Assembly: GCA_965285935.1 (NCBI GenBank)
Contig: OZ260666.1
Span: forward strand, 40,610,001 to 40,674,000
Source: Ophelia neglecta
Taxonomy: Eukaryota
Reading direction: 5' to 3'
DNA: 64,000 bases
The stretch's first letter is position 1. Every line of letters begins with the position of its first letter. Made by a program: the position numbers and the translations under genes. Below are positions 52,078 through 64,000 of this stretch, one piece after another. Under the pieces are notes generated by a model. It was given only the letters and a program-made list of their open reading frames with translations, did no database searches and was not told where the DNA came from.

Positions 52078-55000
52078 TTCATCTAAATTAATTTTCTTTA
52101 ATCCCTTATTGTACTGAGAAAAAAAGGTGTAAATATGTGTTTACATCTTTGTAGCCTTAAGCTTGGCCTTCCCGGATCAGTGTACGGCCTTATAATAGGC
52201 CTGTGTCGCGCTCCCAGTTAAGGAATGCTACCCTAAACGGTATTGACCAGTCAGAGGTGTCAACTCTAAACACGAATTGTCAGCCAGCACTATTAGAGGT
52301 GTTAAAAGATTAAATCCTCACAGTTATAACAATTTAATGGTGGCAAAACACTGAATCCTATTGGCATCTTTGATCAATTTTATGGATTTTTAGCTGCTAA
52401 CTGCATTTAACAGGCACAGCTTGAGGGCATTTCACATCTGCCAAGAGAAGGCAAATATTTATAGCAGCCATGTCCGAGCTGCATCGGCACAATATTAATC
52501 AGGCTCTAATCAGAGCTGACAGGGTTAAGACTTAGAGGTGAAACATTTTGACATGGTCCCGAGGCCTCCTAATGTATGCCTTGTACTGGCAAACTTGACA
52601 TGTTGTAAGTTTATTACCAGAGGATTTCATCAATTGGAGATCCTGGCGGCTGGGTTGTCCGGGAGCCTTGTGCCCCGTAGTTAGCCGAGGTCTAGGGGCC
52701 AGCCAATATATATGGCTGTTGTCAGAAAGGCTGTAATAGCCCTGATTGTCATCTATCAGCTCAAAACAATGAGGTGATTAATGTTTACAAGTCCAGTCCT
52801 AGTGTGCACTGACGGTGGTTGGTGGCCTGTCTGTCATGATCTGGTCCAGTCCTAGGGCCATGGAAAGAAATCACAGTAGTGTTAAGGCCGGAACTTGTGC
52901 TCTTTGATTGAACTAAAAATAAGAAGTACACAAAACAAGCTCTGGAGTTTCATTTTCCCTGCTCGAATGCTTCTGACATCAGTCCATGTGTAATTGCATC
53001 AACAATTAATGAAAACATTTTCCTTTTGATGTTTTCTGGAGCCTTCAAGAATGATTACAAGCTCAATGTTTTTTCACTTGTGCATACATACTTAATTGTA
53101 TATACATGTACCTGTGAATGTACAGTATGTCAAATATGGCTAAACTTATTAGTCATTTTGTTCATTTTATGCAATAATGTTTAGCATATTCTGATATTTA
53201 AGGCATGATGACAGACACCCTTTGTAATATTAATATGTATGTGCTTTAATATTTGTTAAGTAAATATGCATGACAATTGCAACTTAATCCTGTCAGAGTC
53301 CTAGCTTTATTAATAATGTGCATCTTTAATTAGCTGCTTGCATATCATTAGTGATGAAATTGGTGAGTTAGGCTTGGCGGGCATGTCATTTTGTCAAACA
53401 CTGCCTTGTTTCCAATTAAGTCTGAGGTCTCCCGTGCTACCTGAACACACCTCAGTTTCTAAAAACTCTCTCCACCTTCATCAGGCCTGTTTGCCTTTCT
53501 AAAAACACTCCCTTTCCCTGGCGTATTTGCACAGGTTAATGCCGGGAAACAAAAGCTTTCACTGAATATGAAACTTACATCATTTAATGAGCTTTAGGTG
53601 TGCAAACAGTGCCAGTGTTTGTTCAGTTGTCACTGGCTCACAGCCTGTTCATTTTCTCTGTTTAGCTAGGTTGGCCATTTCTCGTGGCTGTGTTCGGGCA
53701 CAACAGCGTGAAGGGGTGTCGGCCATTGACAGATATAGAAAGGGATTGTTTGGCTTTATATTGTCATGCTGTCCTATGATGTAGAAATAAACACACAGGT
53801 CTTGTCATGCGTTTCTGGGTATTGTTGGCGACATGGCTGCTGGGGCGAGCACACGGCGCGCTCGTCACCCACACAGGGAGTGTATTTGCCGAGAGGCAGC
53901 TCATGGCACGCTTTACATCCTGGCAATAAGAGCTTACACACAGATGGTTCTGTTTCCAGGCCTATTAGGCGGCCTCCTCGCAGACTGCTCCCCTCTCGCC
54001 CGCTTTAAAACCCCACTGTTTGTCTCTGGTTCTGTCCTAGCCTACTAGTGCAGCAAGCCCAAAGGCTTTGTCAGCTAATTGTCACTATAACTAACATGCT
54101 GAATAGCAGTATGAAAACCGGAGACAAAACTTGCCGTATTGGGCGTATTGACTAGCCTTCTATAACTGGTCCCTCAAATACAAGCCATTGTGTCAGCTCC
54201 AGTAACCCCATCATTTGCAGCTTTGAAATATTTCCTCTGAAAAAAAAAGTTGTTTGCACAGGTGAAGTCTTATAATATTCACTATTAATACATTTGCAGG
54301 TAGTACTACATGCATGCCAATAACAGGCTGAAGAATTGATCCACCCAATAACACCATTTTTTATTTTGCCATGTTATGTTATGTTAATACGATTCAGCTG
54401 TGTAGAACATTGCCTAAAATTAAATGTTACATTTGCATTCAATTTCAGAAGCGAGAGAACCTCCAGCAGAAAATACAAAGCCAAATGGTAATAGTTTTGA
54501 TCCAATTTTTCTAAGTGGTGACATGCATGTATATATTGTCCTGCACTTTGGTGTCAACTTGATCATGCCTTTTAATATATAATAACTACTCGTGTACAAA
54601 GTTCACATGAAATGCTGATTTTGTACATTTTTTGCTTCTGATTGATACTTTACACATTTCCCTTATTAACTGTCCATGATCACGGGAACGTAGAAGGTTG
54701 CTTGATAGCAGATTGAGAGGTACTACTAACAAAAATGACACCAGACAATTTCTTCCTACTTTCCTTGATGATTTTGCCGTCAAGTGAAAAATCATTAATG
54801 AAATCTTTATTAACTTATTCAGTAATATTATGGGTTAAGAAGTTATTATGTTGTAGATTGCGTAGCTCTCTAATTGGGTTTGGTATGAGCTAACATGGTG
54901 GTGGTTGCATACATGGTCTTAACATTTATATTGTCATGTTGAACTGAGGTTGGTGACGTTTCTGGTATGTTTTTTGTTTGTATTCACAGCGGGCCGTGTG

Positions 55001-56364
55001 ATGTGTTATATTGTACGATCATTGATGAATATTGTTTGTTATACCTGCTTGTTTCCTGTAGCCACCCAAACAGATCACCGCGAGTAACTCACTTCTTGTA
55101 TTATACCCCAGTTAATACACTTATGACAAAACGTATTGATGTTTACCTTGTGTAAATAGAACTGTACATATAACCAAGGAGGTGGACGGATAATGACGGA
55201 TCCCACTTTGCTGCCCCCCTGTCTGTCACCAGTCCCAACGGCGTGGGAGTGCGCGCAGGGTTGTATATAGAGTTTGTCTCCGAGTTGGTTGTAATAAGTA
55301 CGGATTAGAATGAGGGTTACTCAAATGGCTGAATCATGCTCAAAACTACTCCGGGTGGAATCCTGTCGCCAAGCAGCATTTGCCACCTTGTTGTCATGAC
55401 GATGCACTGGTGGCTAATCTCTTTCTAGGAGGATTAAAGCGAGTAGATTGAGCTTGCTTATGTAGGCAAACAGAGGAGACTTAACCCTGCTGGAGATTAG
55501 CATCCAGCTGGCCGGGACCCAGGCTTTACGAGACCAAGGTCCAACCACTGTCGGATCTTGTGTCTCCTGCTAATCCAAGCCTGTCTTAATCCAAGCAAAA
55601 GGTGGCAACTTTCTCAGCCCCTTTTGTGGCCATCTAAGTGGCTCTCTCTATCTCTGTCTTCTGTGGTCTGAAGAAAGTGCTAGTGTCTGGTCAGATGGGC
55701 TCACAACTGGCGTAGCAATATCCTGTCCCTCTGATGTGTCTGCACGCAACATTAAAGATACAGTTGATTAGTCTTTTAATCAGGGCTTTCAACAACACTA
55801 AAGAATTATCTTAATTAATTCTGCTCCTTGATGAGTCAAATATCATTCAGAATGTTACATGCATTGCATTCTGTGTTTTCCCATGGGTCAGATGTTGATG
55901 TTAACATATCTAACTCTGTCCTCATGCTAGTGGTAATGTCCATGACAAAGGCCAGCAGCTTGTGCTGTTATTAGTGTTCAGTACATTGTAGTTTTTTCCA
56001 TCCTTGGCTCCTTGTAGACAACAATCAACAGTTGTCTATATTGATAGCCAGCAGATCAATGGCCACAAGTGACATGCTAATAAGAATTGGAGATCGACCT
56101 AGCTGTGTTCACCGCTTGTAACAGTTTTACAACTTAATCGCCGCATTTACATAAAATCACTAAAGTATTGACTGTTTCAGGTCACTATCAGTTGTACCAC
56201 AGCTCTATGCAGTGATGATGTCCATTGATTGAGTGCTCTATGTGATTTAACTCAGCCCCTCCTAAGTGGCCATACAGAGCCGTTTATTGATAAATAAGGA
56301 TGTAGACAACTATGGAGCAGAATTCCATGTATGATGCCTTCAGTCTGAGTGTGGCAAAGATATA

Positions 56365-56542
56365 CAGTGGTCCCTGCAATGTAGGGCCCCTCCAAAGAAG
56401 GGCCACCTGCGATGGCAGGCCACTTTTTGAATTCCCATGTCCTATCTTTACCATGTTAAAGTACCTCCGATGAAGGGTCACCTGCAATGTAGGGCCACTT
56501 TTCCTTGGATATAGGGGTGGCCCTACATCGTAGGGACCACTG
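56365..56542. mobile_element. MITE, Tc1/mariner-pogo-like, 178 bp
   Basis: 24-bp TIRs CAGTGGTCCCTGCAATGTAGGGCC / GGCCCTACATCGTAGGGACCACTG (2 mismatches), TA on both sides, and an internal direct copy of cctgcaatgtagggcc near 56482. Confidence 0.9.
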
Positions 56543-59500
56543 TAATAAGAACATAATCCAGTCAATTTATGACAAATAATGATTTTAAAGTTATCAGGCA
56601 TCTCAGAGATGCTCCAGATGTAAGACACTTTTTTAAATGCCTGAAGCAGAAAGTGATTTGCTGCTGATTTGTGTTTTTCTCTCACTATCACCAGCTAGTA
56701 TTGGTTTGTCTGGTATTTTGGTTCAATGAGATTGACTAGCTTATTTGCCCACACACAAGTGTCAGTGTATGTAAGGTCGCCGGTAACGGCCAGTTTAGCG
56801 ATTTCCGATAGCCAGCTTAGCCTGTGCTCAGCGCTGATGATGCTCGACTAGATGCCATCGCTCTACCTGGCTCTGCCGAGTCAAAAGTTTGATGTCTGAG
56901 ACAATGGGAAGGCCGAAAAGATCAATCCTCAGCCCTGGCCAACATGACAAAAACCTGTATTAAGCATACACGTCATTCAAACTCGCCATTGATTCCATCT
57001 TGTCTTGTGTGTACAAATTTCTTGTTAAAACATATTTGGAAATGTAGATAAATACACGAGTCATCTCGATGGTATCGATTTCAGGTATTGTACTTGTAAT
57101 CTTCAGAATTAAGTCAGCGGCTTGGCCCTTTGGATCTGCCGCCCCTGACTGACACGCACAATAAACTAATAGGACCCACGTTTACTTTTAATCCACATCA
57201 AAGGCAGGTGAAGAACAGGCATCCATTTTTTTTTACCGTGCATGATGTTTATCTTCTCGTAATGTTGCTCGGTGCATGGGGTGTAGGAGGTCAGAAGTCA
57301 GGTGTAGGAAAGTAGAATTTTGAATGATTACTTCATTGTATTGGTGTAGTGTTTAATTGTAAGTGCATGATATTGCATGGTGATTTGATGACCAATTTAT
57401 AAATGGCTCGTATATATATTTTTCATCATTTAATCTCGGCTGTTAATTTATTGTTGTGTTTTGTGTAGCTGTACAATAAGTACCTATGTATTTTTAGTTA
57501 GTTGCCACCGTTGGCCATGATCGCTTGAGTTGACATCATAAAAGACTTGACCCCTCTTTGCTCAGTAGCCGAGAGATATTTGCACTGGCGCATTTTATGG
57601 CTATCAAAGGTTTTTATTGTCTGGCCAGGTTTCATGTGTCACATCTTCCTTGGGCTGTTTTTATATTTCTGCCTCCCGGAGCTGGGGAAAGATTTCCTGG
57701 GAAACTTTCCGCATGTTGTGGGTTGAGGCTGTATTTGTGTTTGTTCACCCGCCTGTCACTGTATGCTCTCGCATTGTTCTCCCCACTAAGGTGCGGCTGA
57801 CTACCTGAATGGGCCAGGTAAAAGAACCGTGGAGAAAACGATTAAATATTTATGAAAAGGCCTGGCGACAATTGTCAGCGCCACACAAAACGCTGGGATT
57901 AAATGGTAGTTAAAATTAGCCTGGTATGGAAGTTAGACATTGTTTGGGCATTCTGATAATTGCTATCCTTTGCTCTGTATGGCTATGTTTTTTTGATGAA
58001 GTAAATGGGGGTCAGTTTTAGATTGGGAGTAGTGGACGATCTAGCTGCTGATAATGATCAGCAGTCATAATGCCAGTAGAGAGAGCTTGGGGTATGGCTA
58101 TTGTTCCCCCGCTGACCAATATTAACCTGTACCATGTAAAACCTGGTGGTCTGACCAGTTACACATTTTGTTACGGCTAATACATGTTCAATGGATTGAT
58201 TGTCCCTGTGATTCCTAGGCCTACAGTGACTCTTGAACTCGGGCACTCGCTTTGCGTTCTAATCGCTCGTCCCAGGCTAATGCAATTTCAGCCTTAATTG
58301 TAAACATATTCGCCTCATTTTGTCGGCATTGTCTTGCTAGTGAAAGCTTTGTTTTGGGTTTCTGTCAGTGTGTCAAATTAAAAGGGTATTGTTGATGATT
58401 GCAGGCAGCGTGGAAGCTTTTTGCCAAGACCTGCCTTTATTCTCTAGTTCTGAATGGTTCCCAAAGAGAGTTTGATGCATTTCCGCTCCTCACACTAGCA
58501 ACCTGGCCACCATAATGTTTGGTTTTGAAAGACGCTTGCACACCCCATAAATTGCCAGCAGCATGTTAAAATTGTCCATTAATAGTCTGATTTATCAGTC
58601 AGGCTTTTGAAAGGACAGTGGAAAATACAGAAGGGAACATGTCCCAACAAATCAGACAGCAGTGTAGCACAGATCCATTCATACCACTGACAACCACAAC
58701 TGGCTGATCCTGTGGTTTCACTATCGTGAAAAATCGTGTCTCAACCTAATGTGCCTCTAATAAAGATGTACTTGAGTTTGGCCAAATCCTGCACAGGCCA
58801 CCGTGGGCACTGCTAGGTTTTTCCTGCCGTATGCCTAAAGCCACTAGCTCTGACAGATTTGTTTGGCTGGCTTCAAAGAATGTGTGCACACCTCTCAATC
58901 TAAATGACCTTCTTGCCGAATGCTTGCAGAAGTCTTCTATGTTACTTGATCAGAAGACGGAACCACTCGACTAGTTTCATAATTTTGTCAACATGAATAA
59001 CCCCATCAAATTAGTATTCATAATTATCCACTCATTCCCAAGGGTCTCATTTTCATCTATAATTAGCAGTATGGACCTCATTTGGTTTGGCAATGCTGAC
59101 TGGAAATTCAGCTCATGATTTGGTCATCTTCTAAGGGGCTTTTTCAGTGAGCACCCCATAAATTGGCAGTTATTTCCTTTAAATGGCATATTCTGGCAGG
59201 ACTTGGTTTTAGATTTCTGCTATAACAAAGATCTGCACATTTATTGTGCGTTTTATGACCTTGTAAAACGGGCGATTCCTTACAGCGCCCTGTGGGTGAG
59301 GGCCAGTGTTTGCTTCTATCCAAACGCTCCACCCTGTTCTAATTACAGCAGAGGATATTATAATTTCCTCTATATGCACGCATCAAAAACTCACTTGCGA
59401 TGTCCAGTGGTTTTCCTATTTCGGTGTTGATTACTTGGCGAGCGGCTCGACTGGCGGTGTCAAGACACTCCAGCAGAGAGAAAATTACATCTGTAGAGCT

Positions 59501-62500
59501 CCACTGGGGTCATCAGGGAGGCTCCCCCCCCCCTCCCAAATGTCTGCTTTAAAGACAACAAGCTTTGCCAGCAGTTCTTCCAGGCCCAAAGCATCTCACA
59601 GACAAATAACTGAGACCAACAGACTATAACATATTTAAATGCCTTTGCTGTCTTTTCCTTTGTGAATCCAGGAAGTAGTATATTGTGTATTCCCCATTCG
59701 TTAGATATCTATAGAAATGAGTGTGTAATATTTACAAGATAACTCATCAGCCTGGTTTAACCTGATCCCGTTTGGAGGACAATATTTAGTTAATGATTCT
59801 CCATCTTTTATCCTCATTCATAGCTTGGTTGTCAGTGCTGGTAAGTCAAGGCTGGCTCTATGAATATTAGTTTGCACTTGCCATGACATAGGTAACTCAC
59901 AGTTCTTTATTTATCAAATGGCCTATGTCTACAACATTAATGTGTTTGTGACATATGTTGTGTTAATGACATAACAAGTCCATTCCTGTGCCGAGTTCCG
60001 TCAATGCTGTTTAGTAATTGGTCTGTATAGCTGCTGATGAGGAGTTTGGAGGCTCTCCAAGTGCAGTAAGCGAGCCTCTTCTGTCTAACCAGGCGCAATA
60101 ACAACTGTTTCTACTAGATTAATTTAAAATTCTACAATATACATAATTAATGTTTATGTATGTTCTTATTTGATATCAACCTCGTATTTGAAACAATTAT
60201 TAAAAAGACAAAATAGTATGAGCATTATATTTTAGCTGATTTTTGGAAGAAAAATGCACCAATTATTCCAAACATTCATTAATTATATGCTCATAAATAA
60301 CATGACATTTATTTTTGTCTTTATTCCTAAAGAAATCAAATTTGAATCAAATATTCCTTACGAAATTTGAACTATTTGTAAAGTACAAAATGTGTAGATT
60401 ATTGAAGCCAAGTAGCTGATAAGGTAAGCCTGTCACCTGGTTGGTCTGTGGAGTCTGATGGGAGTGACCATTGTTATATGGACACCTCCATATGTTTACC
60501 CTCCCAGACCCAAGCTGTGAGGAGGTATAACCGCCTCGACCCCTCGCTCCTACCCTACTCTGAGTCACACCTCAGTCACACCTCCCCCCCTGTGTGGCGG
60601 AGAGCTCCTCAGTGACGGAGCTCGTTACATGTAGTATGGTACTATTGTTCTCCTGTGTGACGGAGAGATAATAACACTGTGTAGAACAACTGAAAAATTA
60701 ATACATTCATTCTGCGTGTACACAGACTTGAAAATTGCATCTTATTATAAAGCTTGCATGTGTGCATTTCTGCAGAACTAGATTGTAGTGTGTTGAAGCG
60801 GTGAGAGCCTAGGGCTGAACTCAACGCCGTGAAATATAGATGAAAACTACGAGCAAATTATGTCTCATATTCAGCCTCAGCGGAAAAGTACATTAAAGTT
60901 TAATCACTTGTTTTGAGGTGAAAACAAATGGCTTGTTATAACCATTTTGCTAATTTAGTGTGCAAATGAAGCTCAATTGGTATTGTTTCCGAACCTCTTT
61001 TGTACTATTTACCGCATTTATTTTTCAAACCTTCATTACACACATATATTAAGAGTAGTCCGAAAACGGGGGTTTTAGTTAATGTATGATGATCACAGCT
61101 GTAAGTGACGGATGTCTCTTGTTTACAACTGAAAGCCAATCATTAATCATAGAAAACTGGAAAACAGCAAAGATTGGGAATAACATATTCATTTTTATAA
61201 CTAACCAAATGCCATACATACACTTCTTTGTTTTATGTGTATATCTTTTCTCAGGATTTGTGTCTTTAATCAGACACATTTTTTTGCTTTTTGATTTAGC
61301 CTTAACAGCCAACAGTAGCCAAGTCATAGTCTGTGCATTCCAAGTCGGATGCTTATGCTACTTTCCTGGTTGATGGTTTCACGTCTGCTATACTGCTTCC
61401 TTTTTATCTTGTTTGCAGATTAATGGCCACTTGATTTTTACTTTTATTGCATTTTGAAGGAAACAGGAGCCGATTATAATATGGCTGTTTTACCCTGAAA
61501 GATTTTATGCAAAATTGCTATAGAAATTTGATTGCAAAATATTGTATATTTCAATGTTTTATGGATTAATTTCTGCATTGAGTGATGTCTTGTTTGTTTA
61601 CTTTGGTAGTAAACAAAAGGCAAATCTCAACTTTTCACAACAAAAATCAATAAGCTTATCACTAAGTGAGGCTTGACCAGGGACATTGGCTATCATATGA
61701 CTCTCCTTAAACCCATGTCATGGCCGGGTAGTATCTCTTAGACTCCACAGAAAAACTTGAAATGTTTTCTACCAAACCATAAAGAATTGATTTTTGACAT
61801 TTATTAGTAATCTTGTCCAGCTACTACTGTATGTTACCGTCTTGAACTCAGTCTTCTGATACGAACAAAGAAAATCATATTACTTTGTTGAAAGTTGGAC
61901 TTCTAATCTCAATTGCAGAATCAATATACTGTATAGATAGGAATCAAATAAGACCCCATTTGTTTGGATATTTCTCTTTCTCTTGTCCATTTTAAAATTC
62001 ACTATTTTAACCCTTTTAGTTACTGATAACAAAAAAAGGATATTTGATGAAAAGAATAAAGTCTAAACCTGGCCGACATACCATGCAAATTCATAAGTAA
62101 TATACATTATATTAGACTCCATCCCGTCAGTTAACAGATCACAGTCACTGAGATAGTAAACACCTGGTGTTAAGCCAGTCCTCCAGCCTGCTCCATAAGT
62201 GCATGTGTACATATTATACATGTGTACATGTACATGTAAGGCTAGTTTTTAAGAAACTGGCACTGAGGCAGTGATTTTCCAAATCCCTATTCCCTGTTGT
62301 GTATTTTCTGCCTAATTTGTCTAAAATAGTGCTAAGCTTGATTTGATTGATTAATCAATATTGACGAATTTTGCTAACAGCAAGGCTATGAAATGGCTAG
62401 GAATGTTCCGGGACAGGCAGAACGACTGGCCCGTGATTTTAATGACTTGTGGTTTGGTGGAGGTGATCATTTGATCAATCTCAAGCATCAGGACGCCCAC

Positions 62501-64000
62501 CGATCCTATCTAGCCCTGTACTACAAATAGTCAAATGTTTTTGATCCTCAGCCTACGGTGGCTGGCTTTCAGAACTGTCAACTTCGGTCCAAGTACAGAC
62601 GAGTCCCGAGCTGGATAGTGCTTGCTCCGAAGCCAATTTAATTTGATATTTCTCAGCCAGTTTGACCCTCCAGCCGGAGAAAGGAAACTCACTGAAGCAT
62701 GATTGACGATTTCAGGTCAACTCGGCATGGCCAGGGCTGGCAGGGTCCATTTACATGTCTCATAATTCCGCAGCCGAGACTTGAAAGCCGTCGACAGTCG
62801 GCGATGAATCCAGAATGAATATTTCATCGAGAGTTATTGTGCACGCTCAGTCGCACTTCTTAGCACAGAGTGTCACTGCTAGGCTGGAGGCTTTGATATC
62901 ATAGACCCTCTCCACACGATATCATAAACATTTTAATGTTCACGCAGATCACAGGCACAATGCAGCCTTAATCCACTAATCAGGGCAGGAGGCTCACCAA
63001 GACCATTCAGATATTTCCTACTCCGAGATATTGTACAAAGCTAGAAAATATCATTCAACGGCCTAAAAGAATGATGGTATTAAAATAATATGGGGTATGA
63101 ACATTAATTTATGCTTATCAACATTATGTGCAGATTCTTTTCGAAAAAAATGTTGTGGCTTTCAGAATCAGTAGTCCCATATTTGTTAAGTGTCTCTATA
63201 TATAAAAGTTCTTTCCCAGGCTGTATAATTTATCACACAGAGATGTGGTAGTGTAGCCAGAGAGGAAGATTGTCACTGCCATGCTCTAGTAGCCTACTAG
63301 AGAGAACTGATTGATGAACTTCTGGAGTCCTATTGGCAGCAACCAAAGCCAAATGTGTTGCTTAGTACATGAAAAATTGAATCAGCACTGCTTAGTGTGA
63401 AAACAGATTTGTGTGTGGTTGGCCAATCTGAAGAAATTTAGCCTGATGCGCAGCCTGTCGAGGGAAAGACGTTCCATAAATTTGCCCTGTTTAGGTGTGG
63501 CATGTAACAATGTTAGGTCTAATTGCGGCTGGAGTGACGCCAAACTCTTTGCAGCCTGACATCACCACCATGCTGCAAAATGGCTGACAGCAGAAATATC
63601 TAAATAACATTACCCAAATTTGGTTTACTCGGGTTAAGAGTTGAATTGACATTATGAAATTGAAACAGGGACCGTTAGCATTTGACGTAATAAGATTTCA
63701 GGGACACGGTCTATGATAAAGAGCAGAGAACCAATCAGAATGCTATTTCTGATGGCTGTGTTTGTATACAGCAAATTGCGATCAAACAGCTATCAAGTGG
63801 TGTTGATGGATGATGCCATTTCTGGTTTTGGGTTTTATCGGGTATCACAATTGCCCATCTTACCTGTGTAGCCTAGCTGGGTCAGTAGTGTCTCCCGCTG
63901 CTCATTACTATGCTGGGACCTGCTCCGAATGTTGTACCTCGCGTGCTGTGATCACTGGTCCTGTGGGACCTCTGTCTCCATCGAAACACGTCGCCTGACA

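Larger units (their letters stand above)
27566..64000 (+). other. ONECUT intron 1 (at least 36.4 kb; 3' end not in window)
   Basis: Begins GT right after the CUT domain. A manual scan for the homeodomain codons (ATG AAY GCN MGN, from FFMNARRR) found nothing downstream, and no ORF-track peptide resembles the homeodomain exon. Confidence 0.85.

Noticed and set aside
56284-56691. 135-aa minus-strand ORF
   Set aside because: It runs through a non-autonomous MITE; its repeated SGPTLQ-like peptides reflect the DNA sub-repeats, and it has no transposase motifs.
1-64000. tRNA, rRNA, snoRNA or conserved miRNA genes, and autonomous transposons
   Set aside because: None was recognised by eye. An Infernal/Rfam, tRNAscan-SE, MirMachine and RepeatMasker run would be needed to exclude them firmly.

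Overview
This is AT-rich animal (metazoan) genomic DNA, probably from a marine invertebrate such as a lophotrochozoan; the taxon is inferred from protein and repeat style only. Two genes lie head-to-head, about 4.4 kb apart from ATG to ATG. On the minus strand I reconstructed by hand the first four coding exons of a WDR4/Trm82 gene (non-catalytic subunit of the tRNA m7G46 methyltransferase): 21985-22058, 17977-18033, 2160-2294 and 1414-1576. All are missed by the ORF track, and intron 2 is 15.7 kb. On the plus strand is exon 1 of a ONECUT/HNF6 transcription factor (26449-27565; TP box and complete CUT domain). It is followed by an intron of more than 36 kb, and the homeodomain exon was not found in the window. 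The remainder is non-coding: several MITEs, short tandem repeats, a CpG-rich domain spanning both promoters, and candidate enhancer motif clusters. I found no prokaryote-type system, CRISPR array, or structural RNA gene. The most interesting leads are in-phase alternative donors that could lengthen the ONECUT CUT-homeodomain linker, a possible CUT-only isoform, a strong-Kozak uORF, candidate autoregulatory and Otx-type site clusters, and a possible WDR4-ONECUT bystander regulatory block.
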